In this document: one piece after another, positions 36,742 to 49,200 of the stretch
How the letters are laid out: every line of letters begins with the position of its first letter
How positions within the stretch are numbered: position 1 is the stretch's first letter
NCBI GenBank assembly: GCA_907165135.1
Contig: OU015567.1
Location: 11,532,001-11,596,000, forward strand
Direction of reading: 5' to 3'
From: Oikopleura dioica
Taxonomy: Eukaryota > Animalia > Chordata
DNA: 64,000 nt
Position numbers and translations under genes: made by a program
Notes under the pieces: generated by a model
Database searches by the model: none
Seen by the model: the letters and a program-made list of their open reading frames with translations, nothing else
Told to the model about the DNA's origin: nothing

Positions 36742-37746
36742 ATGACTGATATCTCTCCTGTCAAAGTCAGTTTCCTTAACAAACATTCTTCCATTTTTGT
36801 TGTTTGATTATATTTTTGTGAATTCAACTTTCAATAAAAACAGAAAATCAAGATCCACTTAACTTTCATATTCAGCTAATTGGCAGCTAAATCGGAGCAA
36901 AAACGAATGGAGGGTGCTCGACAAAAGGTGCTTGACAAGCTTCGCGAACAGAGCATTCCAAGCTCACAGTTGTTCCAAGAGTTTCTCGTCGAGTACGAGC
37001 TCCTCTCTGAATACCGACTCCTTCAGGTACTCTTCCTTGATTTCAGAGGTCATTTTACTATTTTTAGAAAAACGGGCCGCACACCGGCGTCTACATTATT
37101 CCATCTGCCAAGTCGACGCTCATCTGGTTCGGCGTCATCTTCGTCCGCTCAGGCTACTACAGTGATGCAGTTTTCAAATTTCGAATTCACATTCCTCACG
37201 ATTTCCCCCAAAATGAAAAGCCTCCCTTTGTCGCTTTCGATCCTCCGATTTTCCATCCTCTCGTCGATCAAAAAACGGGCGAGCTAGAATTCAACAAATT
37301 TATTCCAAAGTGGCAAAGACACGTAAGTTTCATTAGAGCTTCTCTGTTTCATATTCATTATTTCAGAAAGATAGAATCTGGCACGTGGTTCCTTGGATGA
37401 GACGAATTTTTTTGAAAATCGAAACTGAAAATCCGGCCAACCAAGAAGCAGCCGACTTGTATCTTACAGACCTCGAACAATTCAGAACCAAAGTCAATAT
37501 CTGTAAAAAACTAAGGTATTCAAGCACACTTTTAATCCATCATTCATCCCTGCTAGTCAATCAATACTCTACGAAGAAGCTAAAACGAACGATCCAAATG
37601 AAATTGAGTTTTCGGAATTATCAGATGAGACGTTCGCAAAGCTTCGCGCCAAAATGATACGAAATGGCGAAAAGACTCTCAATCAACCTTTGAAAAATTC
37701 TAGGAGCTGGATGACAAAGGGATCAACGCAGCTTTTCTCTAAATAA
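36742..37746 (+). CDS. AKTIP: AKT-interacting protein / FTS (catalytically inactive UEV fold)
   Basis: EYELLSEY...GVYIIPSAKSTLIWFGVIFVRSGYYSDAVFKF...IFHPLVDQKTGELEF...IWHVVPWMRRIFLKIETENPANQEAADLY. No catalytic Cys. The first exon is tentative. Confidence 0.88.
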
Positions 37747-40700
37747 GGGTTTGTTGTCTACTTGTTATCATAAATAACGCGATTTCAGGACCAACAAAAA
37801 ATTTCAGACCTACGGAATAGTCACTATCAAAATGCTCAATGAAAACTATTTAACTGTACTTTTGACCTTCTTACACTTTTTTTGACAATCTAACTTTCTG
37901 ATAATTTCTGCCTTGTTTACTAAAAATCATTTGTCTTTTATTTTCTCACTTCAAAAAATTCTTCATCAAAACGACTTTCAACTGTACCTAATGCGCGCAC
38001 CAAATATTGGTGCAGCTCTATTTTTAAATACCTCTTTTTATCTTCTGTCAATAAACAGTAATTGTGACAACGAAGGTGATCGAAATGAGCTGTAACATCT
38101 GTCTTTTCCTTTCCTTGATTTCCCTTGTTTTCAGGTAGAAACTTTTAAACGCACCGCGTGGTCACAACAAAATATTTTCAATTACTCAGGGCGCAAGAAT
38201 GTTCCTCCGCACAGATAAAAAGATGCAATTGCACGCAAAACACTGTCAGATTTCGGCGCGTCTCAGTTTTCGCGGTAAAAGAATCTGAACTTTCTCAACT
38301 CAAGTTTTTTGCCGTTGCAGGTGTTCTTTTGTGGTGAGCAAGTTGAACTTTTTGAAACAGAGCCGCATTTGTCAATCAATACAATGATGACGTGTGTCCT
38401 GTTTTGTGGTTGAATAAACTGCTAATTGTCGACGTAATACCACTTTAGCAATGTGATCATTGCTCTTGAGACGGCCAGTAGTTCCTTTGTTTTCTTCATT
38501 GACTGCTCTAGGCATCCGCGAAACTCTACCATCTTTCCTCGAAAATGATCTTTTGTGACATTTTACCGCATACCATTTCGAAATCGCATAAATAATGAAG
38601 AATTCACTTGTTTCATTGAAGGATACTCCTATTGATACGAGATCAGACTTCTCTCCTTTGAACTTTTTAATCCGAATCTCTTCTATTAAGCTTTGTGGCT
38701 TACAGGAGTGCCTGGGAGAGCTTACCCTTTGAGAAATTCCTACAGCTGAACGGTTTTCGGTTTGGAGTTCACAAAATAAAGTACGGTAATTCATGACTCC
38801 GGCAAGTACTTTGTTAAGTTGACACGAGTTCCAAAGTTCGCAGCGACCTGAAACTTGCATCCCCCGAGGTCCTTTCACACGATTGATGAACGGTCCTGTC
38901 TTTTCTGATCGATCAAGTAGCTAATTTCTTGAATTCAAGACTTTGCTGCCCTACTTGGAAATTTCCCTACTAAACAACAGGTCTAAAGTTGACTATGAAC
39001 TAACAATATCATTAAAGCTGATTATTATGAGTAGTTTTAGAGCTGCAAATGTATGGCCAGTTCGAAAACAACCCGTGAAATCGTGGAGCGACCGCGAAAA
39101 GGGCTTATCGTTTGCCGTGGTTTCAAAGCTCTTTGCTCACCCGCGGCGCAAAAGTGTGTTTTATTCTACGAGTTTTCACGAAACAAAATTTGAAAATCCA
39201 CTAGCGTTACGATTTGCGTCAATCTGGAGAAAGAAAAGCCCTCTATTAACAAAAAAGGAACAGGTGCATCTGTTGCTCTTCAATCATTCTTCGTGTTTCC
39301 ACTCAAGTCTGCCCGACCCTTCCCGCAGAGCAGATGGCCCTTTTTACCATTTTCAGACGATAGCTAACTGTCTTTTGTATTCGAGTTTTTAAAATCTAAT
39401 ATTTCATTTTCTTACCCATAAAAGTAGAAAACACGGAATGAAGAAGATTCAAACCAACAAAGGCGATGAAAAGTGTCAAAAATTTACTGCTTGTGACGAT
39501 AATTTATAAATCAGTGTACTCATGTTTCACATTTCAACTTGTCACATTTGTGACCCAGCGGCTTTGTCGGAAACGACAACATTTTCTTACGAAAAAGTCC
39601 TTATTTCTGATGGTCTGTTTGACTTGGGAGGCAAAAGAACCAAAAATTTTGAGAAAACCTCAGAGTGAGTTTGGGGCTGATCGATTGTTTCCGATAGAAG
39701 CGGTCCGGAGGACAAGCTTTCTCTCAATTTTATCCCGCAAAGAACATCTCAAGTATGACATCTCCACTAGAAACCTCGATATCGATCGTTTACAGCTGAT
39801 ATTGATACCTATAATTCTCGTAACTTAAGATTAGTACATGAACACTGACTGGCTGACGGAAATTTGAAATTTCGAAATTAATTCGCGCAAATTTGGCGAT
39901 GAATCGCAATTCAGAAAGAAAAATGATGTTGCAGATCTATCTCTTGTCTTTTAACAATTTAATACGGATAAAAATGGAGATTTCATGTGGTGAGGCGCCG
40001 CTTTCAAGTGGTAAATTTACGGTCTGTGGTTTCAAAGACAAGGTATTAAATTTACAACTGCTTCGGACAGAACAGAAATCGCTTCCGGAGAAAATACGAT
40101 TTGGCTATCAAAGAAGGGACTTGATATTTACGAAGTAAAATATAACGAGCGAGTCGTTATCGTAACACAACGTCATTACATCTCTTTGAAAAATGGCTAC
40201 ATCTGAGTCTTTTTATTTTATTTCGCACATAAAATTCTCACTGCTGGCAATAATAATTTTTACCGAATATGGTCTGATCAAAACAAGTTTGCTCTACTCG
40301 TCTATTTTCTTATTTTAAAAATAACTCAAGCTATTTTTATTCGTTTTATACTTTATTTACATTAAATTGTAGACACAGATCCAGGTGAAATAGACATTGT
40401 GGTAAGAACAGCTGTAAAGAGTGATCAAAAGAGGACGTTAAGTTATTTCTTTAATACAGTGGATTGAACTTTCATGAATATTAAAAATATAAAAAAGGAT
40501 GACGCAGCGAAATAGTGCAACGAAGGAACAAACTCGTCTTGAAATATGTTTCAAGAACAAGAGTCATTGAATGGGCGATGATATGACGACATTATTCGTT
40601 CACAGCGGGTATATATCGTTTTATATACAAGCATTTGTATATCGTAACTTATACATGTGAACTTGTTGGAGAGAAGAGGCACTGAAGGGCTTTGGGAAAT

Positions 40701-41275
40701 AAGTATTTTGTTCTTTTTTATCTTTTCTTCGTGACAGGTAAATTTGCAGTTGGGTTTTTTAGAATTTCGGAAAATAAAAGTGTAAGTTTAGACGGAGGGA
40801 CTGGTAAATCGGATACTGTATCAAGTGTTATGCCAGTTGTTCGTGACAAAAGGCTCCACTGTCATCGAAACAACTTCATTTTCATTTCACAAATTACCAC
40901 AAGCATCTTTTCTTATAGAAAAAATTCTTGAGGTTTCAGTTTTTGTGTCTTTGGAGTAAAATAGCTTTGCATACATAAAAATGGTAATATGAAAAAAGAG
41001 CAAGAGAAAAATCGGATACCGCGAGTTTTCGCTTGTTTGAGGAGTAGGTGGCACTGGAGAGCAGATTTCGCTCGGCCAATGAAAAGCGCGCATGGAAGTT
41101 GATGACGCGAGAATGAGACTTTGTTCGAGCCGTCTTTTTGTGCTTTTTGACTTGTTCAACCAACTTGACGGCATTCGTAGTTTTTGAGGCGGTGGGAATA
41201 AGGTTACGAACGTAAAGAAATGCGAGACGCGAGGAAGTCAGTGCAGTTGCTGCTCACAAGATGGCGTTGTCGAAT

Positions 41276-43234
41276 TTAGTAGCTGTCGAAGCGTCGTCCG
41301 GAGAAGAGCGACATTCTTGGTTTGCATTGAGGGCCGCATCTAGAATGAGGATTTAGAAGCAATTCAGAGGTTTTGAAAGAAGATAATATTTTTTGAGAAT
41401 CAAGGGTACTTACACACAACGTTTGATGACCATGAGCTTCTTCTTAAACTTAACTCCATCGTCGCAGACAAACTGAATCTTCTTGACCTTGAATCCTTTG
41501 TACTTTTCGTTATTATCAGCGACGGGCTCCATATCGGGGCAGCAGTGGGTGCCGGGGCATTGCGGGCAGAAACGCATTTGATAAGGCTTCTTTGTTCGGC
41601 AGCCGGAGAAGGAGAGCGACTTCTTCGTGTCTCGGCTGGTTCGGACTTTGTTTTGCTTGATCTTGCAGATGGGGAGTTGTCGACGGCTTCGGGATCGAGG
41701 TCCACCGTAGGCGAACTTTCGGCGAGATTGGAGATTTCTATTGACATTTGTAAGGATTAATTGATATATTTTAGTGTTACCTTGTTCTTCGGCTCAAAGC
41801 TGCCTCTTCACTTTCGCAATTTCGAAGTTTGCAAAGCATAATTTGCTTCTCCATCACACACTCTTTGTTGTTATTCGAGAGACGGTCAGAAAATCCCCAA
41901 CCGCACGTTCTTGAGCAAGCAGACCACTTGGTTGTCTGAATCGTGCAGCTTTTGATGCCTTTCTCCGGGTCAGCTGGTCGCCACTCTCTAAAAATTGCGA
42001 TGATTTACGGTTTAGGAATGTTAATGAAAGTCTGGCCAAGTTGGGCCTAGTCCAACGTTGATTACTCCGAGTTTACGGCCGGGGACACGCGCCAGAATCT
42101 CTCAGACATCAATCACATGCCTAAATTCTTCAGTCCATAAAATTACTAAAAAGGCTCAACGAGGATATCTAGTAATGATTGTTCCAATATGACTCAAAAT
42201 TGAAATATGTGACACATAATCTCAGTATCAAAGAAATAATTGAAGGAGCAAGTGGCCAATTTCCGGAGTAAGAGCGGTTCTTGGCAGCCGATCATCGGCT
42301 ACCAGTCAAAATTGTTATGACGTAAAAGGGCTCTCCGCAATTCGAAAGGACTTACCTAACGGTATTTTCTGGTTTCTTCTGCATTCCAACATCGATGATG
42401 CCTTCTTGGATGCATTGCGGATCAGGTGATCGCTTATCTTTCGACTTTCGACAGCCCAAGGATCCATCCTCGAGACAGAAGCACTCCGTATCGCAACTTT
42501 GCCAGAAGCTTTGTCCAGTTTGAAGTGGCTGGCTGTAGTTGTCGACGTAACACTGTCTCGTTTGTAGAGCTATAATTCAGGTTAACCACTATCGTTATTA
42601 ATAGATTCGCTGTAAATAACAGCCCGTGATGTAATGAACGGGAACAGTATCAGAGGGCCGCATATTTAGAGTCTAATTTTTGCGGTTTTAATGTCAATTG
42701 AATTAAGATTCGGCGACCTTTAGGACTTCACACCAGCTGAAATAGACCCCGTGGATTCGAATGGACGCTAACCAATTTCGAAATAATTTTCTTTTGCTCA
42801 ACTACCAAGTAGCATTATTAGGACAAGCCCGGTCACTGGGGTGCCAAACTCTGATCTGATCAAAGGCAGGAGGCAATGAGAGCAGTTTCATGTGACGCCT
42901 GGCTGTCCGTGTGTGCCTAAGAAAGGCCAACAGCGGATACACAAGTAAACACGATACTGCAAAATGACGCTTAGGACAGTTTTAACTTACGTTTGCAAGT
43001 TCCTGAAGTGCAGTGCAGGCCAACAGAGCTGTCGCAGGGCTCAAGTGGGGAGCAGGTCTCGCCATTTTGACGACCACAGGTTAAACAGCAGTCGAGGGGT
43101 TCTGGAAGCCGGACAAGTCCGTAACCAGCTGGGCAAAATTCGGTTCGCTTCGCCCAATCTTCGTTGAGCTCTGTCAGGGAGAGGGAAGTCCCGCCGACCT
43201 CAGCACACTTTTTGACATCGCAGGAAAACGCTCC
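41276..43234 (-). CDS. CCN: CCN-family matricellular protein (IGFBP, VWC, TSP1, cystine knot). Signal-peptide exon not located.
   Basis: Spliced translation: CPAGYGLVRLPEPLDCCLTCGRQNGETCSPLEPCDSSVGLHC (IGFBP); TGQSFWQSCDTECFCLEDGSLGC (VWC); CTIQTTKWSACSRTCGWGFSDRLSNNNKECVMEKQIMLCKLRNC (TSP1); FSGCRTKKPYQMRFCPQCPGTHCC...FVCDDG...MVIKRCVC (CT). Confidence 0.92.
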
Positions 43235-46200
43235 CTAAACATCGATCTTGAGTGATTTATAAAGATTTGATCGTTTTATGATGTTGCTTGTTTTCAGTAG
43301 CGACTGGGTGCAGAGCTGAGCATATATACTCAGTACAGATCCAATCGCTGTATTTATTGCTTTCTTTGTTTGTCATAACTTTTCAACTTTTTCTGGGCGG
43401 CTCTTGGTTATAAATTAATTTAATCATTTTATTTCCTGGAATTTGGCTTACTCAGCGGCGTTTTTATTGATAATCTGCGATTGCATAACCTTAAAGCTAG
43501 AATTTTGATGGATAGGAAGGGTCTGCTTGAAGAGAGGCTTTTTCGCACAATTAGAGCATCAAAATTGTGATAAATCTATTCAGAGTTCAGTGGAGTTTGG
43601 ACCGGTGAAATTAGGTTCGTCGTTGTAACTCTTATGTAATCAGGTCATTTTTCTAGCGCGGGAAAATCAGGGAGAAGGATATGAAATAACCACATGGGAA
43701 ATGGCACTTTGACTGGTGATGACAGACGCGTAATTTGATCAATAAGTTCAAAAATGTCGAACTTTGATAGTATCTATAGGAACTCTATCAGCGCCTGACC
43801 TATTTTCGCAAATACAAGCAGTGACGATTCCGAGCTTGTTCTTGAAGTGGTTCATTGACAAGAGGAAATTCGCCATCCTGAATGAACCATTTATCGAGCT
43901 TCAAATGCCTCTTGAACTGGTGGGCTCTATTCATCGCGAAATCAAGTCCACCTGCTTCTGATCCAAATTTACCCCTGTTCGGGCAGTTATTTTCTTTTTA
44001 TTCATCAATCCCCAGTACTACAAAGCCTTTTGGAGAATTGATTGGTTAAACAACGATTTCAACTTTGTTAGCCTTTATAAAACAAACACAAAGTAAAGGG
44101 ATTAAAAGTTGCGCTATTTGCTTTGCAAAAATATTATTTCAAGCAACGACCTCAATCACGAACGGACAAGCCCGCGAAAGAACCTGCCATACAAAGATGC
44201 ATTACGAAGAATACTTTGTAAATTACGAACTCACTGAATTTTTACAATTCTTATTTCAAGACTGTCTATTTTCAACCTTTTCTGGAATCTGTTCGTGAGA
44301 GGAAAATAATCAGAGGGATTTACGGCCCGCCAACATCGATTGAAACCGAGCAGTTCAACAGTTGAAATTAGGTTCTTCAAAGAGCTTGTTTTTGTGGAAT
44401 TTGGTGGAGGCGGAAGTGATGGGAGCGCCTCTGGTGCTGGTGCATGTGACATATTCTGAAAGGAATGTCCGAGCAACACCTACGTCACAAGCAGCAGCAC
44501 CAATGAGCAATTATGACCGTGCAGAAGGCATTTGCAACAGCTCACCTGTGTGGGCACACCTCAAAATCACCATTTTTCTAATTTTATTTTCCATGCACAA
44601 AAATGCACAATGCGCACTTTTCCGCGCTGTTTTGGGTTGATACGCGCTCGGTCACATGAAAATGAGAGGAGGAACTTCCGAAGCTAATGCTTGCTTTGAT
44701 CCTACATATTCGTAGATGTTTTTATGTTTGCTCTAGTTGGCGAAATAGGTTCGAACTCTTATCAGAGGTCGACTCTTGTTTTAGATGTAAAACAATCAAG
44801 GAGGTTTACATTTAGGTCCTTATTCTTGGTGATAACGCAATCTTCCGGAACTTTCCTTACTTTATTCTGATTATGTCTTATCTACTAATTCGTCTATAGA
44901 CATTTTTCAATAGAATAGGTACGCTCACTTACCGCTAATAGAAGAGAAAGTATCTTCATTGTCGATTTTGAATCGGTATTTTTGGCGTTTCTTTTTGTAT
45001 GTTGTCTTGTTTCTTTTCGTGATCTCTTAGAAGTTGTCTTTCAAACTCGGCAGAAACCGTCAAATCTATTTTTCAAGTTGAAAAATGGTCAATTTGTGAT
45101 AATTTCAGTTTTTCAGTAATCTGGTAGAAATCTTTTGGTATAAATGCCTGTTGCTCTCTATGTATGCTTTCAGAGTGGACTCTCGCGCTCTCTATCTCTT
45201 CGATGGAGCTCGAGGGCAGGCTCGGGCGAAGAGAGCTCCACAGTTTTTTTTTTCGTCGTGAAATTCGCGAGCCAACTGAGCACAGGCCAAGTCTGGGATT
45301 TTTCAATAACTAGGCTACTCTGTCACTTTACTGTTTTCGTTCGCTTTTGTATCAGGATCAAACGATAGCGTTCAATCGAAAATGAGAATTATCGTTAATC
45401 TTGTCGCGTTATTCTGCTCAAAGAAAATTAGTTCCCTTTATGAGAGTGTCTGATTTTTAACTGTGATAAAAGATAAAATATAGAATTTGAAGAAGCTCAA
45501 AATATCTGCACAAGCCTTCTATCTTCAACTGCAGAAGCCGTCTGCGCGACAAACTGACGATAACGAACTTGATACGAGACTTGAAGACTGATTTGTTACC
45601 ATGCGCGCTGGGCTATTGACAACCAAAGCACCACTCCGGTCTCACAAATGCAGCTGCATAATTATGAAACGAACATTTTTCCCGTGGAACAGAGTGATAC
45701 CTTGATCCACAAAGGGAAATCAAATTGTGGGAACCAATTGCATATTTGAGCGACCTTTGGTTCCTGATATAAATTCAATTGACAGCCATTTAGCTCAATC
45801 TTAGGCTATTATGAAGGTTTGTCTGTAAGAAAAATACCTCTAGAATATTCTATTCAGAACAAGAAGTTTTTCTAAGGGACGTTAATTCTACAAGGTTTGC
45901 GAAAAAAGTAGCTGATCATGTTTTATCGAGCGGATATAGACCTCCGAATGTAACAATGATGTCTTCTTTCCTGAGAAAACACCGCGTATTCCCATTTACA
46001 ACTTGTTTTTAAAAGGCCAAGTGCTAAACTTCTCTGGCTACTTCCTGTGTTTCTGACGTCACAAGAACTCTGGCTAGAGTACCTTTTGCTTCAGAATATT
46101 ATCACTTCCCAAAGTTAACTGCAGAAGCAATAAACGCCGCTTCAAAAATATGCTCAACTCAGATTTGCATCAATTTGAATCGCCGGGAATAGAAATAATT

Positions 46201-49200
46201 AACCCTCATTTTATTCAAAACAATAAAAATCGCTATCAAAGCGTTAAATCTTAAGGATACGTTTACAGCATTTCCGGGAGGAAGCTCTGTTTATTATGAA
46301 CCGGCAAATAAAGTAATTAAAAAATAATAAGTAAAAAATAAGTTATATTGTTTTGACTTAATACATTAAATTCTGCCTAAATTACATAACAGAGATTTTG
46401 CTTTAGAATAAATTTGACTTGCTGGACTCGAAATGCGGAAATTACGACATCAGTGATTTACGATATCGCCGATATACTAGAGGAGAAAATCTTAACCCAG
46501 GGTTAATCTGTTCAAATAGAGATCTGTAAACCGCGAACAAGGGTTCCCTCATTACCTCATAATTACGGCTTCTAGCGCTAGTTAGGCTAGCCTCATGTGA
46601 CCCCTGTGTTCGTCAAAGAAAGTCAGCAACTAACTTTGTTGTGCACTCGGCTGAACTAGCCACGGTTTAAAAGATTTAAACCAAAACCGCCCCACGACAC
46701 GAGTTGCCGGCAAAACAGAACAGATTTGTTTTACAAAATGTTAACGCGTGAAAATAATTTCTTTAAACTTTGGCGGAGTTTTCTAACTTTGCTGCGTGAA
46801 AGTTTTTTTTTGAGAATTTTTCGAAGAATTTGCAGGGCAATGTCTGGCCGCAGAGTTTTAGCACTGGGATAAGCGGAAATCTCGGTCGAGGGCTCTTGGA
46901 AAGCTCTAATTGTTTGCGATTTCAGACTCAATGGAGGAACTTTTTCATTTAATTCGAACAAAACGTTTTAGATCCAGGAAAAGTATTCCCTCCCACAGCT
47001 TGTTTTCAAGTAAAAAAATTTGTTTCATGAACAATTAACAGTCGTTTCTTCTGAAAATTCTAGCAATTCGGGGTCATGCGAGAGCTCATTATATTTCCAG
47101 CGCCATTATTATGACAATTGTGGCTTTACAAAACCGTTTCGCGAGGCAACGCGTCAACGGGTTATCCTCTTACTTCTGTATTATTCCATAGAAAACAGAA
47201 AGAGAGAGAGACCTTCAAACTCAAAAATTCTCGCAGGGGGAAACGATCGATCCTTGATTATCAAAAAAGACGACCTTGACGGTTGTCAAAATAATTCCCA
47301 AAAATTGAGCGTCGAACGTCTACGCTCAAGGCTCTCGTCGACCTTTGACTGTGCTGAGAGCATCACCTGTCCCAGAGGCTTCCCTGGCGTCTCCGAACAA
47401 ACGCCCTTGTCGCTGATTGTCAGTTTTGAGTCACCAATTCCACTCGAAGGAGAAAAGGGAAAATTTCGATGACAAGCAAGGCTTGTCAAGCTCAAGATTC
47501 TTCGTCAAAATTGAGTGAACTTTCTATTAATTATATTGATCTTCTCTTCACAAGTAGTTGCAGATGTGAGTCAAAGTTTTCACTCGTAAGAAGAATGGGA
47601 AAATTTCGAGGGCCCCAAAAATAATGAAAGTTATGCAGTATAACTGCTTAAATTCGATCTTTTATGGTTTTCGGACTCAGTCAATGGTTCATTTAAATCA
47701 GAAGTATGAAGCTCCAAGTACTTGAATTGTTTATTTAGGTGTTTAAAGCTCGTAGCAACAGTACTGTCGAATGTCTCCCTTTACCATGGCGCTTTTGATC
47801 TGATGGCGTCTTCTGACTTCTCATCCGTCCGGGTGCCCCTCCGGTCTCCCAAAATCTCCGATCGCTCGACAGCAACAATAAATAAACACTGGCATGCCTT
47901 CCTTATTCGCTTGACCGGGAAATCCAGATCAAATACATCAAACAAAAAAGCTCTTATATTTGCCTTTGAAGGTTTTTTTTAAGTTATGTTTCTTCCTTGA
48001 TTTTCATTGATGCAACCCTATTTGCTAGAAGCAACAAATTTCCAAATCCGAAAAACTTTTGACAAAGCACTTATTTGATATAAAAGTCGTCATCAAATTT
48101 GCGCAGGTGGAGGATAAACACCATAAATCTAAAACTTTGGGGCGTATATAAAATAGAAATGAAAATGAAACTCTCGTGACCGTGCGTAACATCTGCAGTT
48201 TCAAATAAAATTGAATGATGAGAGAACAATCTTTTGCCAGGAGTCTAACAGAAAATCCTCCAAATGAAGCCTCGCGAATATTTGGCAGGCCATAAAAGTC
48301 CTTCCTTGTAGATTCAGAGGATTGATTTGTTGGTGATAAGTCGATGAAGTCTACTTGTATTTGCGCAAGAATTCGTCTGCTTCTGAAAACTGGATCAGAT
48401 CGTAGTTAATCTATCTTTTGTTGTTTTCGCTGCAAAATTACGTATCTGAGCCGGCAATAAATTTGGACAACGGCAATTTTCGCTATAAGCAGTTGATCTT
48501 TTTCATCTCGCTTGATTTAGCGGATATGTTGATTTTTATAGCGGAAAGATGAAATATGTAATTTACGATTAACAGGCTTGCTTTATTGAGTGACGTGAGT
48601 GCTCTATGCGCAGGTGCATCCAACCCAGAACAATATCACACTCTCCAAAAGAGGCACTCTTCAACTTCAAAGAAATTATTTTATCAAATTCAAGTATATT
48701 TTATTATTCCATGTTGGCACCATTCTGATTTGCTTTCCGACTCCTTTATGGAGGGTAAATGAAAAGATAAGATAGTAAGGATGACCATTTTTTAACGGCT
48801 CTGTACCTTTAAAAATAGTATAAAACAGCTTGTGATGGTCAAGGAAAATAGCAATGAAAATTCAGTAGCCGAATATCGTAAAAGCTAAAATGCTGCGCAA
48901 ATCCCAACGCTGTAAAGAAACATTGTCGCGAAAGTGTTTTTGCTCGCTTCATAAACTTGAAAAGAAGCATTGTTCGCTAAGAATAAAATGGATTGAGTGA
49001 TAGTTGCACAATTTTATGATAATTTTGCGGCTGTCTCGTAATGATCTATTAGGTCAGCCTTGGACCTTGAGTTTGAACTCGATCGAGGAGGTGACCTTTC
49101 TGGTCTTCGGGCGAAAATGAAAATGGAGTTTCAGTATATTCACGCTTTAGTTGAGAAAAACTGCTAAGTAAACAAGCCGGGAGAACGAGTCAAGGGCAAG

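Noticed and set aside
38372-40138. ORFs of 120-170 aa downstream of AKTIP, and ORF 47020..47472
   Set aside because: Non-ATG or atypical starts, no domains and no consistent splice structure. Likely spurious.
41400-41747. S/P-rich 115-aa ORF and neighbouring ORFs (41854..42039, 42964..43167)
   Set aside because: These are wrong-frame or antisense readings of CCN exons.
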